Below are positions 11,023 through 20,793 of a stretch of DNA of 64,000 nt, piece after piece. A program made the translations under genes and the position numbers. Source of the stretch: Clostridia bacterium 41_269 (GTDB lineage Bacteria > Bacillota > DTU086); NCBI GenBank assembly GCA_001508005.1, contig LGEZ01000009.1, positions 2,493 to 66,492 of the forward strand, in the 5' to 3' direction. How positions within the stretch are numbered: the stretch's first letter is position 1; each line of letters starts with the position of its first letter. The notes below the pieces were generated by a model. It was not told the DNA's origin, searched no databases, and saw only the letters and a program-made list of their open reading frames with translations.

Positions 11023-11820
11023 ATGAAGCTATCAGAAATGAACCTTCCCCGTTTTCCCTTACTTTCTGATTCGGAAACAAAAGAACTTTTAAAGAAAGCC
11101 AAAAACGGGGATGAAGAAGCTAGGGAAAAATTAATCAACTGCAACCTTAAATTGGTATTTAATCTAGTTAAAAGATTTGAAAACCGCGGCTGTGAGCTGG
11201 AAGATTTATTCCAGATAGGAACCATTGGACTGATGAAAGCTATTGATAAATTTGATCTGTCCTATGATGTTAAATTTTCCACATATGCTGCTCCTATGAT
11301 TATTGGAGAAATTAGAAGATTTCTTAGGGATGATAATCCTGTAAAAGTTAGTCGTTCTGTTAAAAAAATAGCTTATGAAGTTAACCGCAAAAGGGAAGAA
11401 TTGGCCAAAGAACTTGGAAGGGAACCTTCCATTGGGGAAGTTTCAGAAGCTTTAGGATTGTCCGCTGAAGAAGTGGTTATCGCAATGGAAGCAGTGCAGC
11501 AGCCGAGCTCAATACATGATACTCTTTATCAGGATGACGGAGATCCCATTTACGTGCTTGATCAATTAAGAAGCGATATAGATGATGAATCAGCATGGTT
11601 TGATAAAATAGCGTTGAAAGAAATCCTTTTGAAGCTTCCGGAAAAGCATAGAAAAGTTCTCATACTTAGATTTCTACATGATAAAACTCAAACAGAAGTT
11701 GCAGAAATTGTGGGTCTTTCACAGGTCCAGGTTTCTCGCATTGAACGCCAGGCAATTGCTGCTTTAAGAAAAATGATTTCTGAGGAAGAAGGTATGGATA
11801 AATCTCAAAATATAAAATAA
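11023..11820 (+). CDS. sigF: RNA polymerase sporulation sigma factor F
   Basis: Sigma-70 regions 2, 3 and 4 (FSTYAAPMIIGEIRRFLRD, TQTEVAEIVGLSQVQVSRIERQAI). Third gene of the operon. Confidence 0.85.
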   Translation: MKLSEMNLPRFPLLSDSETKELLKKAKNGDEEAREKLINCNLKLVFNLVKRFENRGCELEDLFQIGTIGLMKAIDKFDLSYDVKFSTYAAPMIIGEIRRFLRDDNPVKVSRSVKKIAYEVNRKREELAKELGREPSIGEVSEALGLSAEEVVIAMEAVQQPSSIHDTLYQDDGDPIYVLDQLRSDIDDESAWFDKIALKEILLKLPEKHRKVLILRFLHDKTQTEVAEIVGLSQVQVSRIERQAIAALRKMISEEEGMDKSQNIK

Positions 11821-11872
11821 AATAAAGTACCTTTCCATCTTTTTTGTAGAATGGTCATGAACAAACTATAAA

Positions 11873-11896
11873 GGGGGGAATATATCTTCCCCTTTT
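11873..11896 (+). terminator. weak terminator hairpin after sigF
   Basis: GGGGAA-tatatc-TTCCCC followed by TTTT. Confidence 0.4.
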
Positions 11897-11951
11897 CAGC
11901 TTGCTGGCAAAGGGTCTCTTCAATACAAGACTTTTTAAACAGTCTGAAAAA

Positions 11952-11978
11952 AGGGGGAGTATTCCCCTCTTTTTTTAT
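11952..11978 (+). terminator. terminator hairpin after sigF
   Basis: GGGGGA-gtat-TCCCC followed by T7. Confidence 0.5.
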
Positions 11979-12049
11979 TCTCTATAAACATCTCCGAATA
12001 ATTGCAGTGGCTGGGGAAAAAAATATTTAGAGGAGGTGAAAAATAGTTT

Positions 12050-12550
12050 ATGGCTGGATTTACGGGCCCAGAAGACACCAGTAGATTAAAAAAGCAGTTT
12101 GACCATTCTAAGAAACAATATGAGCAGGAGAAATATCAAAAAATAGCCCAAAAACATGTTCCAAAAGCTTCTATATTTAGAAATTCCCTTAATGCTTTTC
12201 TTATGGGTGGCTTAATTTGTGCTGTTGCTCAAGCTTTATTTAATTTGATTTCAAGTGCCGGCTTTACGGTAAAAGAAGCCAATACCATTGTAGCAGTGAT
12301 AATGATATTTTTGGGTGCTTTTTTAACAGGAATTGGTATTTATGACAGCATTGCTAAAGTTGGAGGAGCTGGAGCAATGGTTCCCATTACAGGTTTTGCT
12401 AATTCAATTGTAGCTCCAGCTATGGAATTTAAAAAAGAAGGATATATTTTTGGAATTGGAGCCAGGATGTTTTCCACTGCTGGTCCCGTTCTTGTTTATG
12501 GAATTGTTACTTCTATAATTGTAGGATTAATTGCTTTTACCATAATGTAG
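12050..12550 (+). CDS. spoVAC: stage V sporulation protein AC
   Basis: About 160 aa membrane protein with a SpoVAC-like N-terminal region (FLMGGLICAVAQ). Confidence 0.8.
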   Translation: MAGFTGPEDTSRLKKQFDHSKKQYEQEKYQKIAQKHVPKASIFRNSLNAFLMGGLICAVAQALFNLISSAGFTVKEANTIVAVIMIFLGAFLTGIGIYDSIAKVGGAGAMVPITGFANSIVAPAMEFKKEGYIFGIGARMFSTAGPVLVYGIVTSIIVGLIAFTIM

Positions 12551-12562
12551 GAGGCAGTATGA

Positions 12563-13582
12563 ATGTTTGAAATAAAAAAAGTAGGTAAGCAGACAATTAA
12601 GTTTGCCAATCCCCCAGTTATTTTGGAAACATCCTCCATAGTCGGGCCAAAAGAAGGAGAAGGCCCTTTAAAGGATACCTTTGATTATATTGCTGATGAT
12701 ATGTATTTTGGTGAAAAAAGCTGGGAACGGGCGGAAAGAAAATTTTTAGAAGAAGCTGTAAAAATCGTTTTGAACAAAAGGAAGCAAACTTCCCAGGATA
12801 TAGATTTTTTATTAGCAGGTGATCTTTTAAATCAAATAATTTCTTCAAATTTTGCTGCCAGTACATTGGGAATACCTTTTTTTGGGCTTTATGGTGCCTG
12901 TTCCACTATGTATGAGGCAATTATTCTGGCTTCCGTTTTGATAGATGGGGGATTTGCCCAAAAAGTAATAGCTGCCACCTCAAGCCATTATGCCACTTCT
13001 GAAAGACAGTTCAGGTATCCCACGGAACAGGCTGTACAAAGGCCTCTTACTGCTCAATGGACTGTCACTGGAGCAGGAGCTATGCTCCTCGGCACTCCCG
13101 ACCAAGGAGAGGGACCCGTTGTAACCTTTGCTACTGTGGGTAGAGCAGTTGATGCCGGAGCAAAAGATCCCATGGATATGGGGTCTGCAATGGCTCCAGC
13201 AGCGGTGGATACCATAATTGCTCATTTAGAGGATACGGGTAGAAGAGTTGAAGATTATGATCTGGTTATAACAGGGGATTTAGGTTCAGTGGGTCGTTCC
13301 ATTGCTATCGAGCTGGCGAACATAAATGGATATGATCTTTCAAAAAATTTTAATGACTGTGGAATTCTTATTTTTAATCCTTCTCAGGATACCCATGCAG
13401 GGGGAAGCGGATGTGCCTGTTCAGCCGTGGTTACCTGCGGCTATATTATGAAAGCCCTTCGTGAGAAAAAGTATAAAAGAATATTGGGCATTGGTACTGG
13501 TGCGCTGATGAGTGTTACCAGCATTCAACGGCAGGAAACCATACCGGCAATAGGACATGCTGTAGCCATAGAAAATGTATGA
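12563..13582 (+). CDS. spoVAD: stage V sporulation protein AD
   Basis: 339 aa thiolase-fold-like protein between spoVAC and spoVAE. Confidence 0.8.
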   Translation: MFEIKKVGKQTIKFANPPVILETSSIVGPKEGEGPLKDTFDYIADDMYFGEKSWERAERKFLEEAVKIVLNKRKQTSQDIDFLLAGDLLNQIISSNFAASTLGIPFFGLYGACSTMYEAIILASVLIDGGFAQKVIAATSSHYATSERQFRYPTEQAVQRPLTAQWTVTGAGAMLLGTPDQGEGPVVTFATVGRAVDAGAKDPMDMGSAMAPAAVDTIIAHLEDTGRRVEDYDLVITGDLGSVGRSIAIELANINGYDLSKNFNDCGILIFNPSQDTHAGGSGCACSAVVTCGYIMKALREKKYKRILGIGTGALMSVTSIQRQETIPAIGHAVAIENV

Positions 13583-13959
13583 AGTTAAAAGAGGTGAATA
13601 AAGTGTCTTTGCTGTGGGCCTTTTTAATTGGTGGTGCCATTTGCCTTGCAGGACAGTTAATAATGGATCTCACCCCTTATGAAATATCTACTGGTCATGT
13701 TTTGGTGGGCTATGTTACTTTAGGAGCTTTAGCAAGTGCTCTTGGATTGTATCAGCCTTTAGTTGATATTGGTGGGGCTGGTGCTACCATTCCTCTGTCA
13801 GGATTTGGCCATGGACTGGTTCAGGGGGTTCTCAGCAGCATTAAAAACCAGGGCATAATGGGTGTATTCATGGGAGGTATTGCTGCAAATGCTGCGGGTA
13901 TAGCAGCAGCAGTTATTTTTGGCTACATCATGGCTGTGTTATTCAATCCGAAAGGGTAA
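13579..13959 (+). CDS. spoVAEb: stage V sporulation protein AEb
   Basis: 126 aa membrane protein paralogous to SpoVAC (GGAG, GFGHG motifs). Overlaps the spoVAD stop. Confidence 0.75.
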   Translation: MKLKEVNKVSLLWAFLIGGAICLAGQLIMDLTPYEISTGHVLVGYVTLGALASALGLYQPLVDIGGAGATIPLSGFGHGLVQGVLSSIKNQGIMGVFMGGIAANAAGIAAAVIFGYIMAVLFNPKG

Positions 13960-13965
13960 TGAAAA

Positions 13966-14541
13966 ATGAAGAAACGAAAGGTAATAATAATTACGGATGG
14001 AGATGAAACAGCTCGTGCATCAGTGGAAGTAGTAGCACGAAAAGTTGGAGGAAGATGCATATCCCTTTCCGGCATTGCTTCAAAACCTCTTACAGGTAAA
14101 GAAATAGTGGAGCTCATTTTAAAAGCTCCAAAGGAACCTGTTTTTGTTATGGTGGATGATAAAGGTTTAAGTGCCCAAGGAATGGGAGAATGGATATTGA
14201 CGTTCATAGCTCGGCACCCTGCAATAGAAGTTATTGGAGCTGTTGCAGTGGCTTCTAATACAAAAAAGATTGATGGAACACCGGTGGATTTTTCTATAAC
14301 AAAAACGGGAGAAAAAACTGACTTACCTGTTGATAAATATGGAAATTCGGTTCCCACTGAAGGAGTTTTAAAAGGAGATACTGTGGATGTTTTAAAAGAG
14401 CTTAATATTCCCATTGTGGTTGGAACAGGGGATATAGGGAAACAGGATGGGGCAGATGATTTAAGTAAACAGGCTCCGGTAACCTTAGAAGCAGTAGAGG
14501 AAATCCTTAATAGGAGTGGTTTTTTTAATGGCAGTAACTGA
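13966..14541 (+). CDS. spoVAEa: stage V sporulation protein AEa-like soluble protein
   Basis: N-terminus MKKRKVIIITDGDETARASVEVVARKVGGRCISLSG matches recalled B. subtilis SpoVAEa. Position after AEb fits. Confidence 0.55.
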   Translation: MKKRKVIIITDGDETARASVEVVARKVGGRCISLSGIASKPLTGKEIVELILKAPKEPVFVMVDDKGLSAQGMGEWILTFIARHPAIEVIGAVAVASNTKKIDGTPVDFSITKTGEKTDLPVDKYGNSVPTEGVLKGDTVDVLKELNIPIVVGTGDIGKQDGADDLSKQAPVTLEAVEEILNRSGFFNGSN

Positions 14542-16099
14542 TGGGAAAGTTAAGACCTCAAAAAATCTTGAGCGAAATTCTGATTGGCTGAGTCAGGAGC
14601 TGGGAGTAGATAGGAGTTTTGATGTTATTAGACGTGACATTAATATAGCCAACAGGAAGGCAGCAATATTCTTTATCGATGGATTTATTAAGGATAGTGT
14701 TATGGAGAGGGTTTTGAGCGTCTTAAATACTATTGATCCCCAAGAAATTAGACCCTCTGCCTTTAAAAAAATTTTTCAAAAGTATCTTACATATATAGAA
14801 GTGGAGACAACTGATGATCTTCATGAAGTTGTTGATAAAGTGCTGGCAGGGCCAGCTGCTCTGTTAATTGACGGAATTGATGAAGTCATAATAATTGATG
14901 CAAGGGAATATCCCATAAGAAATCCTGAGGAACCTAATCTTGAAAGGGTTATTAGGGGTTCCAGAGATGGCTTTGTTGAAACCATTGTCTTTAATACTGC
15001 CCTGATACGAAGACGAATAAGAGATCCGAAATTAAGGATGGAAATGCTGCAGGTTGGCAGTCGTTCTAAAACAGATGTATGTGTGTGCTATATAGAGGAT
15101 ATTGCCAGTCCCAAATTAGTTGAAATGGTAAAAGAAAAAATCGCTAATATAAAAATCGACGGTATCCCTATGGCAGAAAAATCCATTGAAGAGCTTATAG
15201 CACCAGGCAGTTATTGGAATTTTTTTCCCAAAGTAAGGTACACAGAGCGTCCTGATGTTGCAGCCAATCATCTTTTAGAAGGGCATGTATTAATTATTGT
15301 GGATACTTCTCCGAGCATAATGATACTTCCGGCAACGTTGTGGCATCATCTTCAGCATGCCGAGGAATTTCGTCAGTCACCTACACTGGGTGTCTTTATT
15401 AGATGGCTTAGATATGCTGCTGTGTTTTTGTCTGTTTTTTTAATGCCCACATGGCTTCTATTTGCCTCTAATCCCCAGTACTTGCCGGAGATGTTGAAAT
15501 TTATTGGTCCATCTAAACCCGGCAAAATAAATCTAGCAGTTCAGTTTCTTTTAGCAGAAATGGGTATAAATCTCATGCGTATGGCAGCTATTCATACCCC
15601 TGATGCATTAACAACTTCCCTTGGAATAATTGCAGCAGTACTAATTGGTGATGTTGCTATTTCTGTGGGTTTATTTTCTCCAGAAGTGGTTCTGTACACT
15701 GCTATTGCGGCAGTTTCTATTTTTGCAACTCCGAGCTTTGAACTGGGAGCAGCAAATACATTGTTAAGAATAATGCTTTTGGTTGGCACAGGCCTTTTCG
15801 GATTAGCTGGTTTCTTAGGGGCGGCAGTTATTGTTTTTTTAATTCTGCTTACAACAAAGTCCTTTGGGGTTCCTTATCTCTGGCCTCTAATTCCTTTAAA
15901 TATCAGGGCATTGAGGGATATTTTTGTATGGCCTCCTGTGCCTGCAATAAGTCTTCGTATATTTGCTCCCCATTATAGGGATAAAACAAGGCAGGCGTCC
16001 CCTGTGGGAGCTTATGCAAAACCCATTCCAGAGGAAATGCCTGAAGTTAAAAAGCCAAGAAGAAAAAATAGAAAAAAGAGAAAAATTATAAAACTTTAA
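14516..16099 (+). CDS. spoVAF: stage V sporulation protein AF (GerA-family germination protein A-subunit homologue)
   Basis: 527 aa. N-terminal soluble domain plus C-terminal multi-TM domain typical of the GerA family. Last gene of the spoVA operon. Confidence 0.7.
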   Translation: MVFLMAVTDGKVKTSKNLERNSDWLSQELGVDRSFDVIRRDINIANRKAAIFFIDGFIKDSVMERVLSVLNTIDPQEIRPSAFKKIFQKYLTYIEVETTDDLHEVVDKVLAGPAALLIDGIDEVIIIDAREYPIRNPEEPNLERVIRGSRDGFVETIVFNTALIRRRIRDPKLRMEMLQVGSRSKTDVCVCYIEDIASPKLVEMVKEKIANIKIDGIPMAEKSIEELIAPGSYWNFFPKVRYTERPDVAANHLLEGHVLIIVDTSPSIMILPATLWHHLQHAEEFRQSPTLGVFIRWLRYAAVFLSVFLMPTWLLFASNPQYLPEMLKFIGPSKPGKINLAVQFLLAEMGINLMRMAAIHTPDALTTSLGIIAAVLIGDVAISVGLFSPEVVLYTAIAAVSIFATPSFELGAANTLLRIMLLVGTGLFGLAGFLGAAVIVFLILLTTKSFGVPYLWPLIPLNIRALRDIFVWPPVPAISLRIFAPHYRDKTRQASPVGAYAKPIPEEMPEVKKPRRKNRKKRKIIKL

Positions 16100-16173
16100 A
16101 GCAAAAACTAATGAATAAAAATACCAAAATTAGTAAATAATAGTTTTGAAGTTTTAAATGAAGGAGAGCAGCG

Positions 16174-17208
16174 ATGTCAGTAAAAGTTGGAATACCCAGG
16201 GCTCTTTTTTATTATTATCTTTTTCCTTTCTGGAAAGCATTTTTTGAATATTTAGGAGCCGAGGTTGTTGTTTCTCCCCCAACCAATAAGCAAATTTTGA
16301 ATATAGGAGTTAAGACATCTGTTGATGAAGCATGTCTTCCTGTAAAAGTATATTACGGGCATGTAATTTCTTTAAGGGATAGGGTTGATTTATTATTTTT
16401 ACCACGGCTGGTGAGTATTGAAAAGAAAGCATATATCTGCCCTAAATTTATGGGTCTTCCCGATATGATCCGTTCCACCCTGTCGGGGCTCCCACCTATT
16501 ATTGATGTGAATTTTAATGCTGTCAAAGGGCATAGGGCTTACAAAAAAACAGTTTTAAAGTTGGGCAGTAATTTTTGCAGCAGCTTGAGAAAAATAAATA
16601 GAGCTTGGGTTGAAGCAGTACGGCATCAAAAAGAATTTGAAGAGCTGCAGACTTATGGTTTTTCCCCCATTGAAGCTCTTAGGGTTTTGCAGGAAGGCAG
16701 GAAAGAAAAGAAAAAGAAAAAAATTTTTGATTTTTCCCATGAAATTGCTGTTTTAGGGCATGGATATACCATATATGATGATTTCTTGAGTCTTAATACT
16801 ATCAAACATTTGAATGATTTAGGAGCAAAAATTAGCACGGCAGAAAACCTGCCCATAAATTTGCTTGAAGAAAAAGCAGAAAAACTTCCAAAAAGAATGT
16901 TTTGGACCATGGGGAAGAGGATTCTAGGAGCCGCACTCCATTATTTAGAAAGTTCTCAAATTGATGGTTTTGTATATGTTACGGTTTTTGGCTGTGGTCC
17001 TGATTCGGTAATTGCTGATTTGACTGAACGCTACGCCCGAAGACGGGGAATGCCTTTTATCCTTATTACTCTAGATGAACATTCAGGGGAAGCTGGAGTA
17101 ATAACCAGACTTGAAGCTTTTGTAGATATGCTTGCAAGGAGAGGTAAACATGAAAATTACTTTTCCTCATATGGGAAATCTGTGGATATCTGCCAAAGTA
17201 CTTCTTGA
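16174..17208 (+). CDS. CoA-enzyme-activase-associated domain protein (DUF2229-like), paralogue 1
   Basis: Paralogous to the next ORF. Shared N-terminal motif (LGAEVVVSPP vs LGLEVVVPPP) and C-terminal motif DEHSGEAGVITRLEAFVDM. Confidence 0.45.
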   Translation: MSVKVGIPRALFYYYLFPFWKAFFEYLGAEVVVSPPTNKQILNIGVKTSVDEACLPVKVYYGHVISLRDRVDLLFLPRLVSIEKKAYICPKFMGLPDMIRSTLSGLPPIIDVNFNAVKGHRAYKKTVLKLGSNFCSSLRKINRAWVEAVRHQKEFEELQTYGFSPIEALRVLQEGRKEKKKKKIFDFSHEIAVLGHGYTIYDDFLSLNTIKHLNDLGAKISTAENLPINLLEEKAEKLPKRMFWTMGKRILGAALHYLESSQIDGFVYVTVFGCGPDSVIADLTERYARRRGMPFILITLDEHSGEAGVITRLEAFVDMLARRGKHENYFSSYGKSVDICQSTS

Positions 17209-18247
17209 AGGATTGGGATTGGAAGTTGTGGTTCCTCCCCCTTGTACCAAGAAAACCCTGAGTTTAGGTGTTCTGCATGCCCCTGAATTTATATGTCTGC
17301 CTTTAAAAATTAATTTGGGCAATTATATGGAAGCAGCAGAAAAGGGTGCGGATACCATTATTATAGCTGGAGGGAGAGGACCATGCCGATTTGGTTACTA
17401 CTGCAGACTGGAAAAGGAGATATTAGATGACTTGGGATATGAGTTTAGAATGATAGTTTTGGAACCCCCTGAGAATAATTTTTTGGAAGTAATACAAAAT
17501 ATTCGAGCTTTGTCAAAGTGCAGCATGTTTCAGATGATAAATGCTGTTAGAACTGCCTGGTTTAAGTGCTGTGCGGTGGATGAAGTTGAAAAAAAAGTTC
17601 AGATAGTTCGGGCTTGGGAAAGCTGTCCAGGCTTAGCTGATAAGATTTACAGGGAAGCTTTAAAAAATATTGATAAAGCTCAGACGATTAAAGAAATTTT
17701 TTTTGCAAAACTTAATGTTTTGGAAGCTTTTAATGATGTTCCTGTGGAACCTGAGCGTGAAGTTATACGCTTAGCCCTGGTAGGAGAAATATATACCATA
17801 TTAGAACCCTTTGCAAATCAGAATATTGAAAGGCATTTAGGAAAGCTGGGAGCAGAAGTTAAAAGATCAATTTATTTGAGCAGTTGGGTAAACGATCACC
17901 TTCTAGGCAGTATTCTCCCAATGGAAAGTACTAAAGAGGCATGCAGGATGTCTTCTCCTTATTTAAACTATTTTGTGGGAGGACATGGAAAAGAAACAGT
18001 GGGCAGTGCTGTTAAATTTTCTCGTGAAGGATTCGATGGAATAATTCAAATTGCACCCCTGACATGTGGTCCTGAGATAGTAGCGGAATCTATTCTTTCT
18101 AAGGTTTCCTTTAGCGAAAAAATTCCTGTTATGACCATATATATGGACGAGCAGTCAGGTGAAGCAGGACTTATAACACGACTGGAAGCTTTTGTGGATA
18201 TGATCCGACGCAAAAAGTTGTCCCAAAAAACAGCAACCCGTAAATAA
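17150..18247 (+). CDS. CoA-enzyme-activase-associated domain protein (DUF2229-like), paralogue 2
   Basis: Start placed at ATG 17150 (MKITFPHMG...) with a GGAGAGG RBS. C-terminal motif MDEQSGEAGLITRLEAFVDM. Confidence 0.45.
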   Translation: MKITFPHMGNLWISAKVLLEGLGLEVVVPPPCTKKTLSLGVLHAPEFICLPLKINLGNYMEAAEKGADTIIIAGGRGPCRFGYYCRLEKEILDDLGYEFRMIVLEPPENNFLEVIQNIRALSKCSMFQMINAVRTAWFKCCAVDEVEKKVQIVRAWESCPGLADKIYREALKNIDKAQTIKEIFFAKLNVLEAFNDVPVEPEREVIRLALVGEIYTILEPFANQNIERHLGKLGAEVKRSIYLSSWVNDHLLGSILPMESTKEACRMSSPYLNYFVGGHGKETVGSAVKFSREGFDGIIQIAPLTCGPEIVAESILSKVSFSEKIPVMTIYMDEQSGEAGLITRLEAFVDMIRRKKLSQKTATRK

Positions 18248-18262
18248 AAGGGGGTATTTCCC

Positions 18263-19261
18263 ATGAAATCATACATGGGAATAGATGTCGGCTCAGTAAG
18301 CACTAATATTGTGCTGTTAGACGACAAAGGGGATTTAATTGAAAAGCTGTATGTTAGAACCAATGGGCAGCCCATAAATGCTGTTCAAAAAGGTCTTAAA
18401 AAAATTGAAGAAAAGATTAAAGCCAATGGTTGGGATGTTGAAATTGCTGGTGTAGGTACTACCGGAAGCGGAAGGAAGCTTGCTGCTGTCATAGTTGGGG
18501 CTGATGTTGTTAAAAATGAAATAACAGCCCATGCAGTAGCAGCAATGAATGCTGTGCCCGAAGTCCAAACAGTGATTGAAATTGGAGGGCAGGATTCAAA
18601 AATTATAATAATCCGCAATAGAGTTGTTGCAGATTTTGCAATGAATACAGTTTGCGCTGCAGGCACAGGTTCCTTTCTTGATCAGCAGGCTGCAAGGCTC
18701 AGCTTAACCATAGAAAAGTTCAGCAGGATGGCGTTAAATGCTCAGACTCCTGTGAGAATAGCAGGTAGATGTTCTGTTTTTGCTGAATCGGATATGATAC
18801 ACAAACAGCAGATGGGACATAATCTTCCGGACATTATTGCAGGGCTTTGCGATGCATTGGTTCGAAATCATCTTAATAATGTAGGGAAAGGAAAAGAAAT
18901 ACTGAGCCCAATAGTTTTCCAGGGCGGTGTTGCAGCTAACGAAGGCATGAGGGAAGCTTTCCGAAAAGCTTTGGACGCTGAAATTATTATTCCAGAGAAT
19001 TTTGAGGTAATGGGAGCTATAGGAGCTGCACTATTAGCTCGGGAAAAAATGCTTCAAAATAAAGATATTAAAACGGCGTTTAAAGGTTTTAGTACAATAA
19101 ACTGTGATTTAAAAGTTAGGGGATTTGAATGCAGCGAGTGTCCAAATTTATGTGAAGTGGTAGAAATATACGAGAATTTACAGATTTTAGCCCGCTGGGG
19201 CGACCGCTGTGGAAAGTGGACGGAAGGAATTCAAGAGCAAAAAAATGTTAATTTTAACTGA
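18263..19261 (+). CDS. BadF/BadG/BcrA/BcrD/HgdC-type ATPase (CoA-substrate-specific enzyme activase) with Cys-rich C-terminal tail
   Basis: Acetate/sugar-kinase-fold ATPase motifs (GIDVGSVSTN, GVGTTGSG, GGQDSK, CAAGTGSF). C-terminal CxxCxxxC cluster. Confidence 0.7.
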   Translation: MKSYMGIDVGSVSTNIVLLDDKGDLIEKLYVRTNGQPINAVQKGLKKIEEKIKANGWDVEIAGVGTTGSGRKLAAVIVGADVVKNEITAHAVAAMNAVPEVQTVIEIGGQDSKIIIIRNRVVADFAMNTVCAAGTGSFLDQQAARLSLTIEKFSRMALNAQTPVRIAGRCSVFAESDMIHKQQMGHNLPDIIAGLCDALVRNHLNNVGKGKEILSPIVFQGGVAANEGMREAFRKALDAEIIIPENFEVMGAIGAALLAREKMLQNKDIKTAFKGFSTINCDLKVRGFECSECPNLCEVVEIYENLQILARWGDRCGKWTEGIQEQKNVNFN

Positions 19262-19342
19262 TCTGCGGTTTTTATACCCTTTACAAGGGAGTTTATTTCC
19301 TGTAGAATTACACTATAATTTTAATTTTTATATATAAAAGCT

Positions 19343-19379
19343 GAGAAGAGAGGAGAGGAGAAAGTTGAGAGGAGAAGAA
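19343..19379 (+). promoter_or_regulatory. (G)AG triplet-repeat cluster overlapping the RBS and start of trpB2, a candidate TRAP-type translational operator
   Basis: GAG at 19343, 19348, 19353 and 19358 with period 5. Then GAG at 19367 and 19372 and GAA at 19377. The TTG start at 19365 lies inside the cluster. Confidence 0.45.
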
Positions 19380-20678
19380 AAATTTACAAAAATTGTGCTG
19401 AACGAAGAGGAAATACCTACAAAGTGGTACAACATTCAGGCAGATATGCCTAAACTGCCGGATCCACCTTTGAATCCAGCAACCCGCGAGCCCATTAAGC
19501 CTGAAGATCTGTCTCACCTTTTTCCCATGGAATTAATTGAACAAGAAGTCAGCACAGAAAGATACATTGAAATACCCGAGGAAGTGCAGAACCTCTATCG
19601 CTTATGGAGGCCAACTCCCCTTATAAGAGCCCGCAGACTTGAAAAAGCTCTAGATACGCCTGCAAAAATATTTTATAAGTATGAAGGAGTAAGTCCGGCA
19701 GGGAGCCACAAACTTAATACTTCTATTCCCCAAGCATATTACAACAAGCGGGAAGGTATAAAAAGAATTACAACCGAAACAGGGGCAGGACAGTGGGGTA
19801 GCGCCCTGAGCATGTCGTGTAATTTTTTTGGAATGGAATGCGTAGTTTATATGGTTCGTGTGAGTTATGATCAAAAACCTTACCGCAGAACCTTTATGCA
19901 GGTTTTTGGTGCTCAGGTTGTTCCCAGTCCCAGCCAGCGTACAAAGGCTGGAAGAAAGGCTCTGGAGTTAGATCCCAATACTCCAGGAAGCCTGGGCCTA
20001 GCCATAAGTGAAGCTGTAGAAGAAGCTGCTTCAAGGGATGATACAGCTTATTCCCTTGGCAGCGTGTTAAATCATGTTGTGCTGCACCAGACCGTTATTG
20101 GACAAGAAGTTAAAGCGCAGATGGAAAAGGTTGATGCATACCCTGATATAATAATTGGCTGCTGTGGAGGAGGAAGTAATTTTGCAGGTTTGGCTTTTCC
20201 TTTTATAAAAGATAAATTTGAAGGTAAAAAAATTAAGGTTATTGCTGTAGAACCTGCTGCTTGTCCCACATTAACCCAAGGAAGCTTTCAATATGACTAT
20301 GGAGGTACAGCAAAGATGACCCCTTTAATGAAAATGTACACCCTGGGGTATGATTTTGTTCCTTCAGGCATACATGCAGGGGGATTAAGATATCATGGCG
20401 AATCCCCATTGGTAAGCCAGCTGTATCATGATGGATATATAGAAGCTGTTTCATACAAGCAGACTGAAATTTTTGAGGCTGCAGTTACCTTTGCTAAAAA
20501 TGAAGGCATAATTCCGGCTCCAGAAAGTGCCCATGCTATAAAAGCAGCAATAGATGAAGCATTGAAATGCCGCGAGGCAGGAGAATCTAAAAATATTGTA
20601 TTTGGATTAAGCGGCCATGGCTATTTTGATATGTCGGCTTATGATGCTTATTTAAGCGGTTCCCTGATGGATGTATAG
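19365..20678 (+). CDS. trpB2: tryptophan synthase beta chain, TrpB2 type (stand-alone)
   Basis: 437 aa with the N-terminal extension [12 protein letters not shown] and PLP-lysine motif GSHKLN, characteristic of TrpB2. Located outside the trp operon. Confidence 0.8.
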   Translation: MRGEEKFTKIVLNEEEIPTKWYNIQADMPKLPDPPLNPATREPIKPEDLSHLFPMELIEQEVSTERYIEIPEEVQNLYRLWRPTPLIRARRLEKALDTPAKIFYKYEGVSPAGSHKLNTSIPQAYYNKREGIKRITTETGAGQWGSALSMSCNFFGMECVVYMVRVSYDQKPYRRTFMQVFGAQVVPSPSQRTKAGRKALELDPNTPGSLGLAISEAVEEAASRDDTAYSLGSVLNHVVLHQTVIGQEVKAQMEKVDAYPDIIIGCCGGGSNFAGLAFPFIKDKFEGKKIKVIAVEPAACPTLTQGSFQYDYGGTAKMTPLMKMYTLGYDFVPSGIHAGGLRYHGESPLVSQLYHDGYIEAVSYKQTEIFEAAVTFAKNEGIIPAPESAHAIKAAIDEALKCREAGESKNIVFGLSGHGYFDMSAYDAYLSGSLMDV

Positions 20679-20793
20679 ATGTATAAATTTATGTATTAAC
20701 TTATTGTATATTTAGCTCCAGCTAAAAATGTTTTATAATATCAGGCGGCAGCAGTATTAACTGATGCCGCCTTTTAAAGTTTAATAGATAGGA

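Noticed and set aside
13923-14414. 163-aa minus-strand ORF, and many other minus-strand ORFs in the track (e.g. 10773-11225, 34483-34860, 62638-63189)
   Set aside because: All lie antisense to + strand genes with strong family motifs and have low-complexity Ser/Thr/Pro-rich translations. They are shadows of real genes.
16174-18247. 77-nt overlap between the 16174 and 17132 ORFs, considered as a possible frameshifted single gene
   Set aside because: The two proteins are paralogues, each with its own complete N-terminal and C-terminal conserved motifs. The second has a good RBS and an ATG at 17150. They are separate genes with an ordinary overlap.
20679-20793. Lysine riboswitch upstream of lysA
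   Set aside because: The gap is about 115 nt, too short for an L-box of about 180 nt, and no conserved L-box helices are visible.
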